A stretch of 64,000 nucleotides of DNA from an uncultured bacterium (GTDB lineage Bacteria > Krumholzibacteriota > Krumholzibacteriia > Krumholzibacteriales > Krumholzibacteriaceae), in assembly GCA_965371515.1 (NCBI GenBank), contig CBDUYR010000009.1:1-64000 (forward strand), given 5' to 3'. Made by a program: the position numbers and the translations under genes. Position 1 is the stretch's first letter. Each line of letters opens with the position of its first letter. Shown here one piece after another: positions 1-10,185 of this stretch. The notes below the pieces were generated by a model. That model was not told the origin of the DNA. It saw only the letters and a list, made by a program, of their open reading frames with translations, and did not search any database.

Positions 1-1540
1 CCGCTGCCCCGAGACTGTCTACCGCTGCCAGCGAAGTGGCACTCGAATCGACAGAAGCCGCGGCCATCGCGGCGGCTTCCGCCCTTACCCTGTCTTTCTC
101 TTCCGCGATCCTCGCGGTGTCAGCCACTGCAGAGTCGATATACGCCTCAAGTTGATTCCTCAACGCCTTCTCGCCGAGCAGGCCGATCTCGTATAAGGCT
201 CCCCTCGCTTGTGGCGATACGGGATATTCCCTGGCAAGATAACTGAACATCTCTACCGCCTGGGCGGTGTCCACCTTTTCCATCCGGTAGATCCACCCGA
301 TCGCGTAGGCCGCCAGCGGCGCATAGTTCGTCTGAGGGAAACTGTCAACGACAGCTCTGTAATTATCGAGTGCCAGGTCCGTTTCCCCGAGCTTCGTCAG
401 CTGGATCTCCGCGGCAAGAAAACGCTTCTCGGCCTGACCTTCCTCGCTCTCAATCTCCCCCGAACTTTTCTGCAACTCGAGAAGCCTCTTAAGGCTGCTC
501 GATCTCTGCAGCGCTACAGCAGCGTATTCGGAGCTGGCCGATTCGTTGCTGACTTTCGCATACGCTTCCTGAGCCTGCTGGAGCGAGTCGAGCTTCTCGT
601 GATATATCACGCCGAGGAGGAAATACGCTTCCGCCGAATAGTTCGACCTCGGAAACAATCCGGTTATAACATCGTATTCCTTGATCGCGGCCTGGAGGGA
701 ATCCATACAGACATAGCTGGCTGCTTTGCCCAGCATGACCGCAGGCTTCTCCTTTGTCTTGGTTATCTCCTCGAGCAGACTGTTACAGAGCTCGAGCGCT
801 TCAGTGCATTTTCCGATTTTCGTGTAGCAGTTAGCCAGCGAAATGGAAATCGCGTACCGCGTATCCCAGTTCATGCCCTTTCCGAGCACGCTTTCGTACC
901 CGGCCGCAGCGCTGACCCAGTTCTCCATCTGGAAATACAGCTCGGCGCTGCGCAGCGAAGCTTTTTCTTTGTGTTCCTTCTTTCCCGATTCTTCGGCCAC
1001 CTTCGAGTAAAACCCGAGCGCGTCTTCGTAATCTTCCAGACCCAGGCTGATATCGCCCGCGAGAAATATCACATCGAACTTCAGGTCGTGGTCGGGGAAT
1101 GCCTCGAGAAAGCGTCCTGTATAGAGAAGGGCCTGGTTGTACTCGCCCTTCGCGTAATTCGCCTTGGCCAGCCAATAGATCGACTTCGGGACATACTCAC
1201 TCTCAGGATAATTGGTCGTGAGCTCGACAAACTTGCGGATACCCTTGTCGTATTCGCCCTGCCTGACGAGTGACTGCCCCATCAGGAAAATCGCGTCGTC
1301 GACCCACTTACTGTCCGGGTAGTCCCTGACGATCTTGGCGCATTTGGTGATGACCTCACCGTATTTCGCCTTGAGATTCCTGTCTACTTCACCCGTGTTT
1401 CCCCTCATCTCTTCGGCTTCGCCGTAGATCTTCCGGGCATTGTACAGTGTATTGAAATAGACACATGATCCCAGCATCACCGCAACGGCCAGAACCGCGG
1501 CAACTGGGGCGATCGTCTTGACAGGCAGTCTGTTTTTCAC
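1..1540 (-). CDS. TPR-repeat lipoprotein (BamD/YbgF-like repeats), truncated at the left window edge
   Basis: Not in the ORF track because it runs off the edge. Manual translation from GTG at 1540 gives MKNRLPVKTIAPVAAVLAVAVMLGSCVYFNTLYNARKIY (lipobox LGSC), then TPR-like helices such as YPDSKWVDDAIFLMG and FPRSNYSAEAYFLLG. The frame appears open to position 1. Confidence 0.85.
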   Translation of the reverse strand, partial: MKNRLPVKTIAPVAAVLAVAVMLGSCVYFNTLYNARKIYGEAEEMRGNTGEVDRNLKAKYGEVITKCAKIVRDYPDSKWVDDAIFLMGQSLVRQGEYDKGIRKFVELTTNYPESEYVPKSIYWLAKANYAKGEYNQALLYTGRFLEAFPDHDLKFDVIFLAGDISLGLEDYEDALGFYSKVAEESGKKEHKEKASLRSAELYFQMENWVSAAAGYESVLGKGMNWDTRYAISISLANCYTKIGKCTEALELCNSLLEEITKTKEKPAVMLGKAASYVCMDSLQAAIKEYDVITGLFPRSNYSAEAYFLLGVIYHEKLDSLQQAQEAYAKVSNESASSEYAAVALQRSSSLKRLLELQKSSGEIESEEGQAEKRFLAAEIQLTKLGETDLALDNYRAVVDSFPQTNYAPLAAYAIGWIYRMEKVDTAQAVEMFSYLAREYPVSPQARGALYEIGLLGEKALRNQLEAYIDSAVADTARIAEEKDRVRAEAAAMAAASVDSSATSLAAVDSLGAA

Positions 1541-1635
1541 TTCCTGGTTCCCTGACTCAGGGGTGTGCCATTCGTTTCTGTATTACCATCAGGATGGAAA
1601 TCCTGTTTAAATCCCGTAATCACGGTTCTCTATCA

Positions 1636-2937
1636 TTATATAATAGCCGAAAGCCATTTTCCCTCAAGGAAAACTCCCTGCACCCTGCCGGTCAGCTCCT
1701 TACCGAGAAGTGGCGAATTGGACGATTTCGACTTCAGATTCTCTCTTTCGGGGGTCCATCGTTCGTTTGTATCGATCAGAACCAGGTCTGCAGGCTCTCC
1801 CTCCTCCATTTTCCCTCCGGGCAGCCCGAGAACGTCGGCCGGCCGGCTCGTCATCAGGCTGATGAGGTCGATGAGTTCCAGTTCGCCCTTGCCTACCAGC
1901 TCAGTGTTGAGTTGGGCGAAGGATGTCTCCAGACCGATTATTCCCGGCGGGGCTATATCGAACTCCACCTGCTTGTCGATCACCGAATGCGGGGCATGAT
2001 CGGTCGCTATACAGTCGATTGTCCCGTCCCGCAGTGCTGCGCGCAGCGCGGCGATGTCCTTCTTTCCGCGCAGTGGAGGATTGACTTTCAGGTTCCTGTC
2101 GTAATCCTCGAGCATCGAATCGTCGAGTGTGAGGTGATGCGGCGTCGCTTCGGCTGTGACTACTACGCCCTTCTTCTTTGCTTTCTTGATCAGGTCGACA
2201 GCTCCGGCGGTGGAGACATGGGCGATGTGAAGCATCGAACCTGTCAGTTCGGCCAGCCTTATGTCCCTTGCAACAGCTATCTCTTCGGATGCGGCGTGCG
2301 CCCCCTTAAGCCCCAGCTTGGTCGACCAGTACGATTCGTTCATCTGCGATTCGTTTGTCAGATAGGGATCCTCGCAGTGGGATATGATCACCAGACCCTG
2401 CATCCCGGCGTATTCGAGAGCCGAACGCATCACCTTACTGTTGGTGATATACTTTCCGTCGTCACTCAACGCAACCGCGCCGGCTTCCTTGAGGTGATGG
2501 TACTCGCAGATGTCGATCCCTTCGAGACCCTTCGTCACCGAGGCATTCACATAGACCCGGCAGCTGGCCGAGTCAGCGGCGCGCTTGAGAACATGCTCGA
2601 CAACGCTTGGATCGTCGATGACCGGGTCGGTGTTGGCCATGCATACCACGGCCGTATATCCGCCCGCGGCGGCAGCGGCGGTTCCTGTCTCGATCGTCTC
2701 CTTGTCCTCGAAGCCGGGTTCCCTGAGGTGTGTATGTATATCGATAAATCCGGGAGCCAGCAGGAGTCCGCCCGCCTCGAGAACAGGCAGATCTGTCTTT
2801 ACCTGCTTCTGCCAGATGATCTCCTCTATCAGCCCCTTGCGGATGAGCACCGAACCGGTCCTTATCCTTCCGGCGACAGGGTCGGCGATCCCGGCCCCTG
2901 CGATCCAGAACTCTTTCTTGTCTTTCCAGTCTATCAT
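1636..2937 (-). CDS. pyrC: Dihydroorotase (multifunctional complex type)
   Basis: PGFIDIHTHLREPG, HIAHVS, KVNPPLR and ATDHAPH motifs; follows pyrB. Start placed at ATG 2937 (MIDWKDK). Confidence 0.95.
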   Translation of the reverse strand: MIDWKDKKEFWIAGAGIADPVAGRIRTGSVLIRKGLIEEIIWQKQVKTDLPVLEAGGLLLAPGFIDIHTHLREPGFEDKETIETGTAAAAAGGYTAVVCMANTDPVIDDPSVVEHVLKRAADSASCRVYVNASVTKGLEGIDICEYHHLKEAGAVALSDDGKYITNSKVMRSALEYAGMQGLVIISHCEDPYLTNESQMNESYWSTKLGLKGAHAASEEIAVARDIRLAELTGSMLHIAHVSTAGAVDLIKKAKKKGVVVTAEATPHHLTLDDSMLEDYDRNLKVNPPLRGKKDIAALRAALRDGTIDCIATDHAPHSVIDKQVEFDIAPPGIIGLETSFAQLNTELVGKGELELIDLISLMTSRPADVLGLPGGKMEEGEPADLVLIDTNERWTPERENLKSKSSNSPLLGKELTGRVQGVFLEGKWLSAII

Positions 2938-2971
2938 CTCAGCTCCTTGCTCGATTCGGGATACGGCCCTT

Positions 2972-3925
2972 TCAGCTCGCAACCGCTTCTTCCTCGGCCT
3001 TTCCCCCGGCCAGGAGAAACAGGACCGACATTCTGACGGCAACGCCATTCTCGACCTGTGGCAGTATGACCGCCTGCGGTCCGTCAGCGACTTCCTGCGC
3101 TATCTCCACGCCTCTGTTCATCGGCCCTGGATGCATGACGATACATCCATCCGGCGCGCGCTTGAGTACTTCCGGGCTGACCCCGAAGACCTCGAAATAT
3201 TCCCTTGAGCTGGGAAAAAGCTTCGCCTTCTGTCTCTCGAGCTGGATCCTCAGGATGTTTATCGCATCGGCGTTCTCTATCGCTCTTGTCAGATCGTACT
3301 CTACCTTGACCCCACCCTCACCGAGCTTCTCGATATCTATCGGCATCATGGTTGGTGGACCGCAGAGTGTTACCTTCGCCCCCATCTTCGTCAGGCCCCA
3401 TATGTTCGAGCGGGCGACCCTGCTGTGCATGATATCGCCTATGATCGTCACCCTTTTGCCGGTGAAAGTGCCCCACTTCTCACGCAGCGTCATCATATCG
3501 AGGAGCGCCTGCGTCGGATGAGCGTGCCTGCCGTCGCCGGCGTTTACTATCGACGCCTCGAGGAATTCCGAGGCGAATTTGTGTGCGCCCGAATACCCGT
3601 GGCGCATCACCACGATATCGACCTTCATCGCCTGTATGTTCTCGAGTGTATCTCTCAGCGTCTCACCTTTTTTCACCGATGATGTGGCCTTTGAGAAATT
3701 GATTATGTCGGCGCTGAGCCTCTTCTCCGCAAGCTCGAAGCTCATCCTCGTCCTCGTGCTCGCCTCGTAGAACACATTGGCTATCGTCACTCCCCGCAGC
3801 GCCGGAACCTTCTTGATCTTCCTCTGAAGGACTTCCTTGAAATTATCCGCTGTGTCGAGGATCAACTTGATCTCCTGGGCGGAGAGGAATTCCAATCCGA
3901 GAAGATCCTTCCTGTTGAACTGCAC
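2972..3925 (-). CDS. pyrB: Aspartate carbamoyltransferase catalytic subunit
   Basis: FYEASTRTRMSF, HPTQALLD and MHPGPMNRGVEI motifs. GTG start at 3925 follows GGAGG; ATG 3961 is an alternative. Confidence 0.95.
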   Translation of the reverse strand: MQFNRKDLLGLEFLSAQEIKLILDTADNFKEVLQRKIKKVPALRGVTIANVFYEASTRTRMSFELAEKRLSADIINFSKATSSVKKGETLRDTLENIQAMKVDIVVMRHGYSGAHKFASEFLEASIVNAGDGRHAHPTQALLDMMTLREKWGTFTGKRVTIIGDIMHSRVARSNIWGLTKMGAKVTLCGPPTMMPIDIEKLGEGGVKVEYDLTRAIENADAINILRIQLERQKAKLFPSSREYFEVFGVSPEVLKRAPDGCIVMHPGPMNRGVEIAQEVADGPQAVILPQVENGVAVRMSVLFLLAGGKAEEEAVAS

Positions 3926-3968
3926 CTTTACCCTGCCTCCTTGTGAATTCTCTTTGTTCATGACACAG

Positions 3969-4883
<915 letters not shown>

Positions 4884-4892
4884 TCAGGGATG

Positions 4893-4921
4893 ATACTATA
4901 CTACGCCGGGTCCTGTTGCAA
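4893..4921 (-). promoter_or_regulatory. Putative sigma-70 promoter of the pyr operon
   Basis: TTGCAA-17 bp-TAGTAT on the minus strand, just upstream of the PyrR loop. Confidence 0.55.
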
Positions 4922-5198
4922 CATTTTTCTCCCCAATACACAGGGAAATGGTCCTGGTTCTGATTCCGAGAAATCCCTGAAAAATCTTCTGGAAAAATTG
5001 AATATTCGTGGATTTTTCGAAGATTTCTCTTGACGCGATTTTCAGCCCATTTTCCCGCAACTCGCTACCCCGCACTGATTTGCGCCCTGCGCGAGCCTCA
5101 AGGCCCCAAGAAGCGGGTTTCCTGGATATTTCGACTCCAGCCTTGCCTCAACCTGAATCTGCGCGGTACAGGCGGTCTGTGAGCCTGCCGAAAACCTG

Positions 5199-5207
5199 TG
5201 CTATAAT
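5199..5207 (+). promoter_or_regulatory. Extended -10 promoter of the HNH gene
   Basis: TGCTATAAT (TGn-TATAAT) about 55 bp upstream of the ATG, which has an AGGAGG RBS. Confidence 0.5.
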
Positions 5208-5262
5208 GCAGGTAGGGCAGATGAAATGGAGAGGCACTTTCATCTGAAGAAGGAGGAGGACG

Positions 5263-6495
5263 ATGAAGACGATGAAGCCCGCCAACAGTTCCAGTATCTC
5301 CAACCGTAAATCCACCAGAGTGATTCCCGGCAGCAAGGCTCTCAAGGGTATCCCTGACACAAGGACTCTGAAGGGTATCTCCGACAGAGAGCTCCTCGGC
5401 AGGATAAGAAAGCTCTCAGACACAGAGAGAAAGACTGTGCTTTTGATTCTCGCCCATCTGATCGAGATAGACAGACGAAGCCTCTACCTGCCGCGAGGCT
5501 ACAGCTCGCTCTTTGAGTTCTGCGTAAAGCACCTCGGATACTCTGAGTCCACGGCCGGCAGGAGGATCAGCATAGCCAGATGCATCAGGGACTATCCGAG
5601 AATTTACCGGCTGCTCGCAGAGGGCAAGACGAACTTCAGCAATGTGGCAAAGATCTCTAGGATCATCACTCCGGGGAACTCCGACAAGCTCCTTGCCGGA
5701 ATCGAGGGCAGGTCCGCTCGTGAGGTCGACCTGATCGTCAGCAGGCACAGGCCGAAGAGCTCGATCAGGGACCATGTCCGGCCGGTGTATGTGATGACCG
5801 AGCTTCAGGTACCTGTCGATGCTACCAATACAGGCACTTCCGGCAAGGCCGGCAGTGGGGGAAAATCCACTCCCAACGTTGGGAGTGGAAAATCCCCCAA
5901 CTCCGGCAAGCCAACCACCGAGAGCCGGATGGTCCTCGAGCAGAGGTTCAAGGTCGAGTTCGGGGTAGATCCCGAGTTTCTCGAGAAGCTCGAGCGGGTA
6001 CGCTCTCTCCTTTCTACGAAGCATCACGCAAAACTCGAGTTCGGGAAACTCTTCGAGGTCCTGATGGACGAGTATATCGAACGTCACAGCCCCGAGAGCA
6101 GGATCAGGAGGAAGACAGCACGCGCGAAGCGGAATGCAGAGCGGAAGAATGGGAAATCCTCGCAGAAAACATGGCAGAAAGACCAGAGATCCTCGCAGAA
6201 GCCATCTGTACCCCCGCAGAAGCGGGAAGACTCTCGATATATTCCCAAGTCTGTGCGGGACGAGGTCTACGCCAGGGACAAGGGGCGGTGTACGTATGTC
6301 GCACCCGGGGGGAAACGGTGCGGCTCGAAGTGGAACCTTCAGATAGACCACATCACTCCCTTTGCCAGGAGCGGGGACAACTCGCCGGGTAACCTGAGAT
6401 TGTTATGCGCGAAACATAACCGGCTGGAGGCGGAGAGAGTCTACGGGAAAAAATTCATGAAGCAGTTTCATGAAGCTGGGCATGATACCAGGTAG
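5263..6495 (+). CDS. HNH endonuclease with DUF222-like N-terminal region
   Basis: N-terminal LAHLIEIDRRSLYL.RGYSSLFEFCVKHLGYSE; C-terminal RDKGRCTY...RCGS..NLQIDHITPFARSGDNS..NLRLLCAKHN (HNH with Zn ligands). Confidence 0.85.
   Translation: MKTMKPANSSSISNRKSTRVIPGSKALKGIPDTRTLKGISDRELLGRIRKLSDTERKTVLLILAHLIEIDRRSLYLPRGYSSLFEFCVKHLGYSESTAGRRISIARCIRDYPRIYRLLAEGKTNFSNVAKISRIITPGNSDKLLAGIEGRSAREVDLIVSRHRPKSSIRDHVRPVYVMTELQVPVDATNTGTSGKAGSGGKSTPNVGSGKSPNSGKPTTESRMVLEQRFKVEFGVDPEFLEKLERVRSLLSTKHHAKLEFGKLFEVLMDEYIERHSPESRIRRKTARAKRNAERKNGKSSQKTWQKDQRSSQKPSVPPQKREDSRYIPKSVRDEVYARDKGRCTYVAPGGKRCGSKWNLQIDHITPFARSGDNSPGNLRLLCAKHNRLEAERVYGKKFMKQFHEAGHDTR
5866..5889. repeat. Perfect 24-bp palindrome inside the HNH gene
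   Basis: TCCACTCCCAAC|GTTGGGAGTGGA. Confidence 0.9.
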
Positions 6496-6565
6496 ACAGC
6501 AGCCAGATACATTGCAGGTACCTGGTAACCTGACGGCATCTTTCGGGCAGATCAGGCCCGGACAG

Positions 6566-6985
6566 CTATTCGCCGATAATCTTGACCAGTACACGCTTTT
6601 TGCGGCGGCCGTCGAACTCTCCGTAGAAGATCTGCTCCCATGGGCCGAAATCGAGCGACCCCCCTGTGACGGCCACTACGACTTCGCGACCCATCACCTG
6701 TCTTTTCAAGTGGGCGTCGCCGTTGTCCTCGCCCGTCCGGTTGTGGCGGTAGGCACTGATCGGCTCATGAGGCGCCAGTTTCTCGAGCCACTTCTCGTAA
6801 TCTGCGTGCAGGCCGCTCTCGTCGTCGTTTATGAAGACGGACGCGGTGATGTGCATAGCGTTGACGAGGCAGAGTCCCTCCGATATCCCGCTCTCGTCGA
6901 GACACTCGTCGACTTGAGGTGTGATATTTATCATCGCCCTTCGCTTCGAGATCTCGAACCACAATTCCTTACGATAACTCTTCAT
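6566..6985 (-). CDS. yjbQ: YjbQ/UPF0047 family protein (secondary thiamine-phosphate synthase)
   Basis: [24 protein letters not shown] and [15 protein letters not shown] motifs; start MKSYRKEL. Confidence 0.9.
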   Translation of the reverse strand: MKSYRKELWFEISKRRAMINITPQVDECLDESGISEGLCLVNAMHITASVFINDDESGLHADYEKWLEKLAPHEPISAYRHNRTGEDNGDAHLKRQVMGREVVVAVTGGSLDFGPWEQIFYGEFDGRRKKRVLVKIIGE

Positions 6986-7035
6986 CCTGAAATCCTTTCG
7001 TTGCTCCAGCGACAGTTCCAACGCTGGCATGCATC

Positions 7036-7971
7036 CTAGTAGATCAGCTTCGTCGCCACCACGCGATTGTCCGAAAATGTCGGTATCACGACCATATCGT
7101 ATTCGTCCACCAGCTCGATATCTGCAGCGTTGATCCCCTCCGACCTCGTATCGAGCAGGATGTAGATACCTCCGTCAGGCTCTATCAGTAATGTCCTGCC
7201 TTTCCAGTCTGTGACGATGTAATTCCCCTTCGAATCGATTTTCAATCCGTCGACCGACGACCCGACAGTTACCACCGTCGTGACGGTCCTGTCCACGAGA
7301 TCGATGGCCTTCAGTGTGGCATCACCCGAATTGCCGACGATCAGACGGCCGGCGGCGATGCAGAGGCCGTTGGGACTCTGGATATCCTTGTGACGCAGCC
7401 AGGCCTCGAGCGTCCCGTCCGAAAACCTGTAGATAGCGCTGTTATCACGCGACGAGTCAGAGATGTAGACGTTCCCCTTCCCGTCCACCGCAACGTCGTT
7501 GAGAAATACAGCTCCTTCGGCCGTGTGCCGTTCAACGACCTTGTCCGCCCTGATGTCGATCACAACGAGCTCGTCGATATCGCTCACGTAGATCCTGCCG
7601 CCGTAAACGGCCATACCCTTTGGAGCGTTGAGCCCCGTGACCCATTTGAGTTTCTTCACTTCCCCATCGATCGATACCCGCGAGATGAATCCCTCGCCGT
7701 CCTTCTCTCCCGGGCTGCCGGCGATATTGGAAACGTACAGTATCTCCCTGTCGAAATCCCAGCATACAGATTCGGGGGTGCTGAAAACGGGCTCTGTGGC
7801 CCACTTCTTCACGAGGTGAAAGGCTCCTGAAGAAGACGCCGCCAGAACGGTGAGAACAAGAGCAAGCGTCAAGACCAGGGCAGCCCTGCTCAAGACAGCA
7901 GCCCTGCACGAGACAGCAGCCCTGCACGAGACAGCAGCCCTGCTCGAGACAACCGATTGATTATACCTCAT
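7036..7971 (-). CDS. Secreted beta-propeller protein (SMP-30/gluconolactonase-like)
   Basis: Signal peptide; PESV...[32 protein letters not shown] and PNGL motifs. Confidence 0.8.
   Translation of the reverse strand: MRYNQSVVSSRAAVSCRAAVSCRAAVLSRAALVLTLALVLTVLAASSSGAFHLVKKWATEPVFSTPESVCWDFDREILYVSNIAGSPGEKDGEGFISRVSIDGEVKKLKWVTGLNAPKGMAVYGGRIYVSDIDELVVIDIRADKVVERHTAEGAVFLNDVAVDGKGNVYISDSSRDNSAIYRFSDGTLEAWLRHKDIQSPNGLCIAAGRLIVGNSGDATLKAIDLVDRTVTTVVTVGSSVDGLKIDSKGNYIVTDWKGRTLLIEPDGGIYILLDTRSEGINAADIELVDEYDMVVIPTFSDNRVVATKLIY
7880..7951. repeat. 18-bp tandem repeat x4 in the signal-peptide region
   Basis: GCAGCCCTGC(T/A)C(A/G)AGACA x4, encoding [22 protein letters not shown]. Confidence 0.9.
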
Positions 7972-8062
7972 GAAAAACCCCCTTACCTGTTTCATATCTT
8001 CGAATATGAAACCGATTATAGGGGGCTTCACTTACTTTTTACAGTGTATTTCAATGCTGCGC

Positions 8063-8950
8063 TCAGTTGCCGTCCCAACCTCCGAGCCTGGCCCAGAGAT
8101 GCCAGGCCGCATACGCCTTGAGATTTGCGTTGAGCGGCTGGCTGTGCGCCGAATCACAGCTGTACCAATCGCCGACGTTGGCGTCCTGCCAGTTGATCGC
8201 CCAGTTCGAGTCCAGCGATCCGTTGTCGTCACTGTCGTAATCACAGTTGTCGTTGGCCGCCATCTGCAGGTAGTAGATATCGTCCGGATCGTACGACTCT
8301 ATATCGGCGAAGTCGTAGAGTGTCTTGTCGTTGGCCTCGCAGTACGCCCTGATCTGCTCGTTCCTGATGTGGAGATTGCCCGTTTCCCGCGAACTGTCCA
8401 GATGACCGGTCATATAGACGAATCTCACGCCGGGATAATCGATCTCCAGCTGGTTCATCGCCGCGAGATAATCGACTATGTACTGCTCGGTCGCCGTGCT
8501 GACCTGGCCGCACCACGACCATATCACGACGTTGACGTCGGGATTGTCGTCGAGATAGTTCCTCGTGGCTTCCGGCCATGTGGCGCTGCCCAGATCTAAG
8601 GAGCCGAATGCATAGTCATGCAGGTCGAGCGTCCCGCCAGTGCCGCCGTTGCTGTAGTTGTAGAGGTCGTCGCCGAGGAAAGCCGCCAGACCGTCCATCC
8701 CGGTTGTGAGCTGGCTCCCGTGGGACGTATGTCCGTAAGCTATGTGAAGATTGTCTATAGCATCCTGGATCGTCGACCGGGGAACGGCCGAGATATCACA
8801 GCATGTATGATCGATTATCATGCTGACGTCTTCACCTCCGTTATCGTTGACTGATGTCGGCGAACCATCGTCGGAATCGCACGACAGGACCAGAAGCACG
8901 GCCAGAGCCGCCATCAGCACAGGCACCTTGTTTTTCAATAACATCCTCAT
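8063..8950 (-). CDS. Hypothetical lipoprotein (possible SGNH-like hydrolase fold)
   Basis: Lipobox VLSC; conserved-looking LHIAYGHTSHGSQL, WSWCGQ, YMTGHLD and CDSAHSQPLN segments. Confidence 0.7.
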   Translation of the reverse strand: MRMLLKNKVPVLMAALAVLLVLSCDSDDGSPTSVNDNGGEDVSMIIDHTCCDISAVPRSTIQDAIDNLHIAYGHTSHGSQLTTGMDGLAAFLGDDLYNYSNGGTGGTLDLHDYAFGSLDLGSATWPEATRNYLDDNPDVNVVIWSWCGQVSTATEQYIVDYLAAMNQLEIDYPGVRFVYMTGHLDSSRETGNLHIRNEQIRAYCEANDKTLYDFADIESYDPDDIYYLQMAANDNCDYDSDDNGSLDSNWAINWQDANVGDWYSCDSAHSQPLNANLKAYAAWHLWARLGGWDGN

Positions 8951-9048
8951 TCCATATCCCCCTGTCAGGTATATCCGGCACATTAAATTAAATCCATGCA
9001 AGAATCATGAGAAAAATACCTGATTCCAAAGCGGATCTCGATATACAG

Positions 9049-9077
9049 AAAAAAGGCGTGCCACCGACGTGCACGCC
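9049..9077 (-). terminator. Rho-independent terminator
   Basis: GGCGTGC...GCACGCC hairpin with a T-run on the minus strand, downstream of the TPR gene. Confidence 0.7.
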
Positions 9078-9109
9078 CTATTCCACCTAAGGTCCGCTGT
9101 GGCAGGAAG

Positions 9110-9817
9110 TTACTTCAACCGCTCGTCGTCCGGAGCGACTTTTTTGACTTTCTCGAGCAACTCGTTGTACTCGTCTGTCTTTCCGCATTTATCAAGCAGG
9201 TCGAGATGCAGAAAATACACGTCCAGGCTGGAAACTTCCTCCTCGGGATCCTCTATGTCCTTGCCGTAGTAGGTAAGACCTTTCTCGAGCGTCGCCAGCG
9301 CTGTCTCATACTCTTCGAGATCCCTGTAGACATCGGCGAGCATTACGTATGCGTCGTAATGGGTCTCGCGCGTCTCGATTGCCTTATTCAGGGCCATGAC
9401 GGCGTCCGCCAGCTCGCCCTTCTTCCAGTATGCCTCTCCCTTGTGACGCCATGGGCAGGACCACTTGGGGCTCTTCTCGTTGAGGTTATCGTAGATCGCG
9501 ATCGCCTCGTCGTACCTGTCCATCTCCAGGAGGATGTTTCCGTAGCTGAACCGGTTGCGGTTGTTCAGTTCGGCTGTGTTTTCCTCCAGTATGTCGAGAT
9601 TCTTTTCCAGTTCGATGAGACTCATGTATGCCAGGACCACTGCCGCGCTGTAATTGGCCGTGTCCGCCCTCAAGGTTTCGTAGTGATCGAACGCTTTCAG
9701 GAAATTCTCCGGGGTGCGGTCCTCGAGGTAGATGCTGAAAAGGCTCTTCTCCTTGGCAAGAGCCGCTCCCGGCAGCAGGATCGCTACAGCGACGGCGAAT
9801 ATTACGAGCTTCTTCAT
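9110..9817 (-). CDS. Secreted TPR protein
   Basis: Signal peptide MKKLVIFAVAVAILLPGAALA followed by TPR helices. Confidence 0.8.
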   Translation of the reverse strand: MKKLVIFAVAVAILLPGAALAKEKSLFSIYLEDRTPENFLKAFDHYETLRADTANYSAAVVLAYMSLIELEKNLDILEENTAELNNRNRFSYGNILLEMDRYDEAIAIYDNLNEKSPKWSCPWRHKGEAYWKKGELADAVMALNKAIETRETHYDAYVMLADVYRDLEEYETALATLEKGLTYYGKDIEDPEEEVSSLDVYFLHLDLLDKCGKTDEYNELLEKVKKVAPDDERLK

Positions 9818-10022
9818 TCCACTCTGTCCTTTCCTCTTCCCGTCCGTTACCGCTGCCTGGAGCATCTCGTTCGGACGGCCCTGTCCATTGATAAAATATG
9901 CCGGTCCCTGCCGGCCTTCCTTTAATATAAACGCATCGACCGGTCGATTCATGCGGAATAATCCATATATCCTGGGGGGACCCGCTGATCATCATGGCCA
10001 GGCCCTTGAACCTCGTCAGTAC

Positions 10023-10094
10023 GTAGACGTTACACCCGTTGTAGACGTTACACCCGTTGTAGACGTTACGCCAGCTGTAGACGTTACGCCCGTT
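10023..10094. repeat. Intergenic 18-bp tandem repeat x4
   Basis: GTAGACGTTACACCCGTT x2, then GTAGACGTTACGCCAGCT and GTAGACGTTACGCCCGTT. Confidence 0.9.
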
Positions 10095-10185
10095 GATGAT
10101 TCGCCTTGAGATATCGGATGATCCGTGACCGCATCACAGTGGATGATTCGCCTTGAGATATCGGATGATCCGTGACCGCATCACA
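10095..10185. repeat. 44-bp direct repeat x2 (47-bp period) overlapping the EamA stop codon
   Basis: GATGATTCGCCTTGAGATATCGGATGATCCGTGACCGCATCACA at 10095-10138 and 10142-10185. Confidence 0.95.

Noticed and set aside
209..3036. Long + strand ORFs (209-1273, 1594-3036)
   Set aside because: Antisense shadows of the TPR lipoprotein and pyrC, with no recognisable motifs; common in high-GC DNA.
10023..10185. Possible CRISPR array
   Set aside because: The repeats are contiguous or only 3 bp apart, there are no unique spacers, and no cas genes are in the window.
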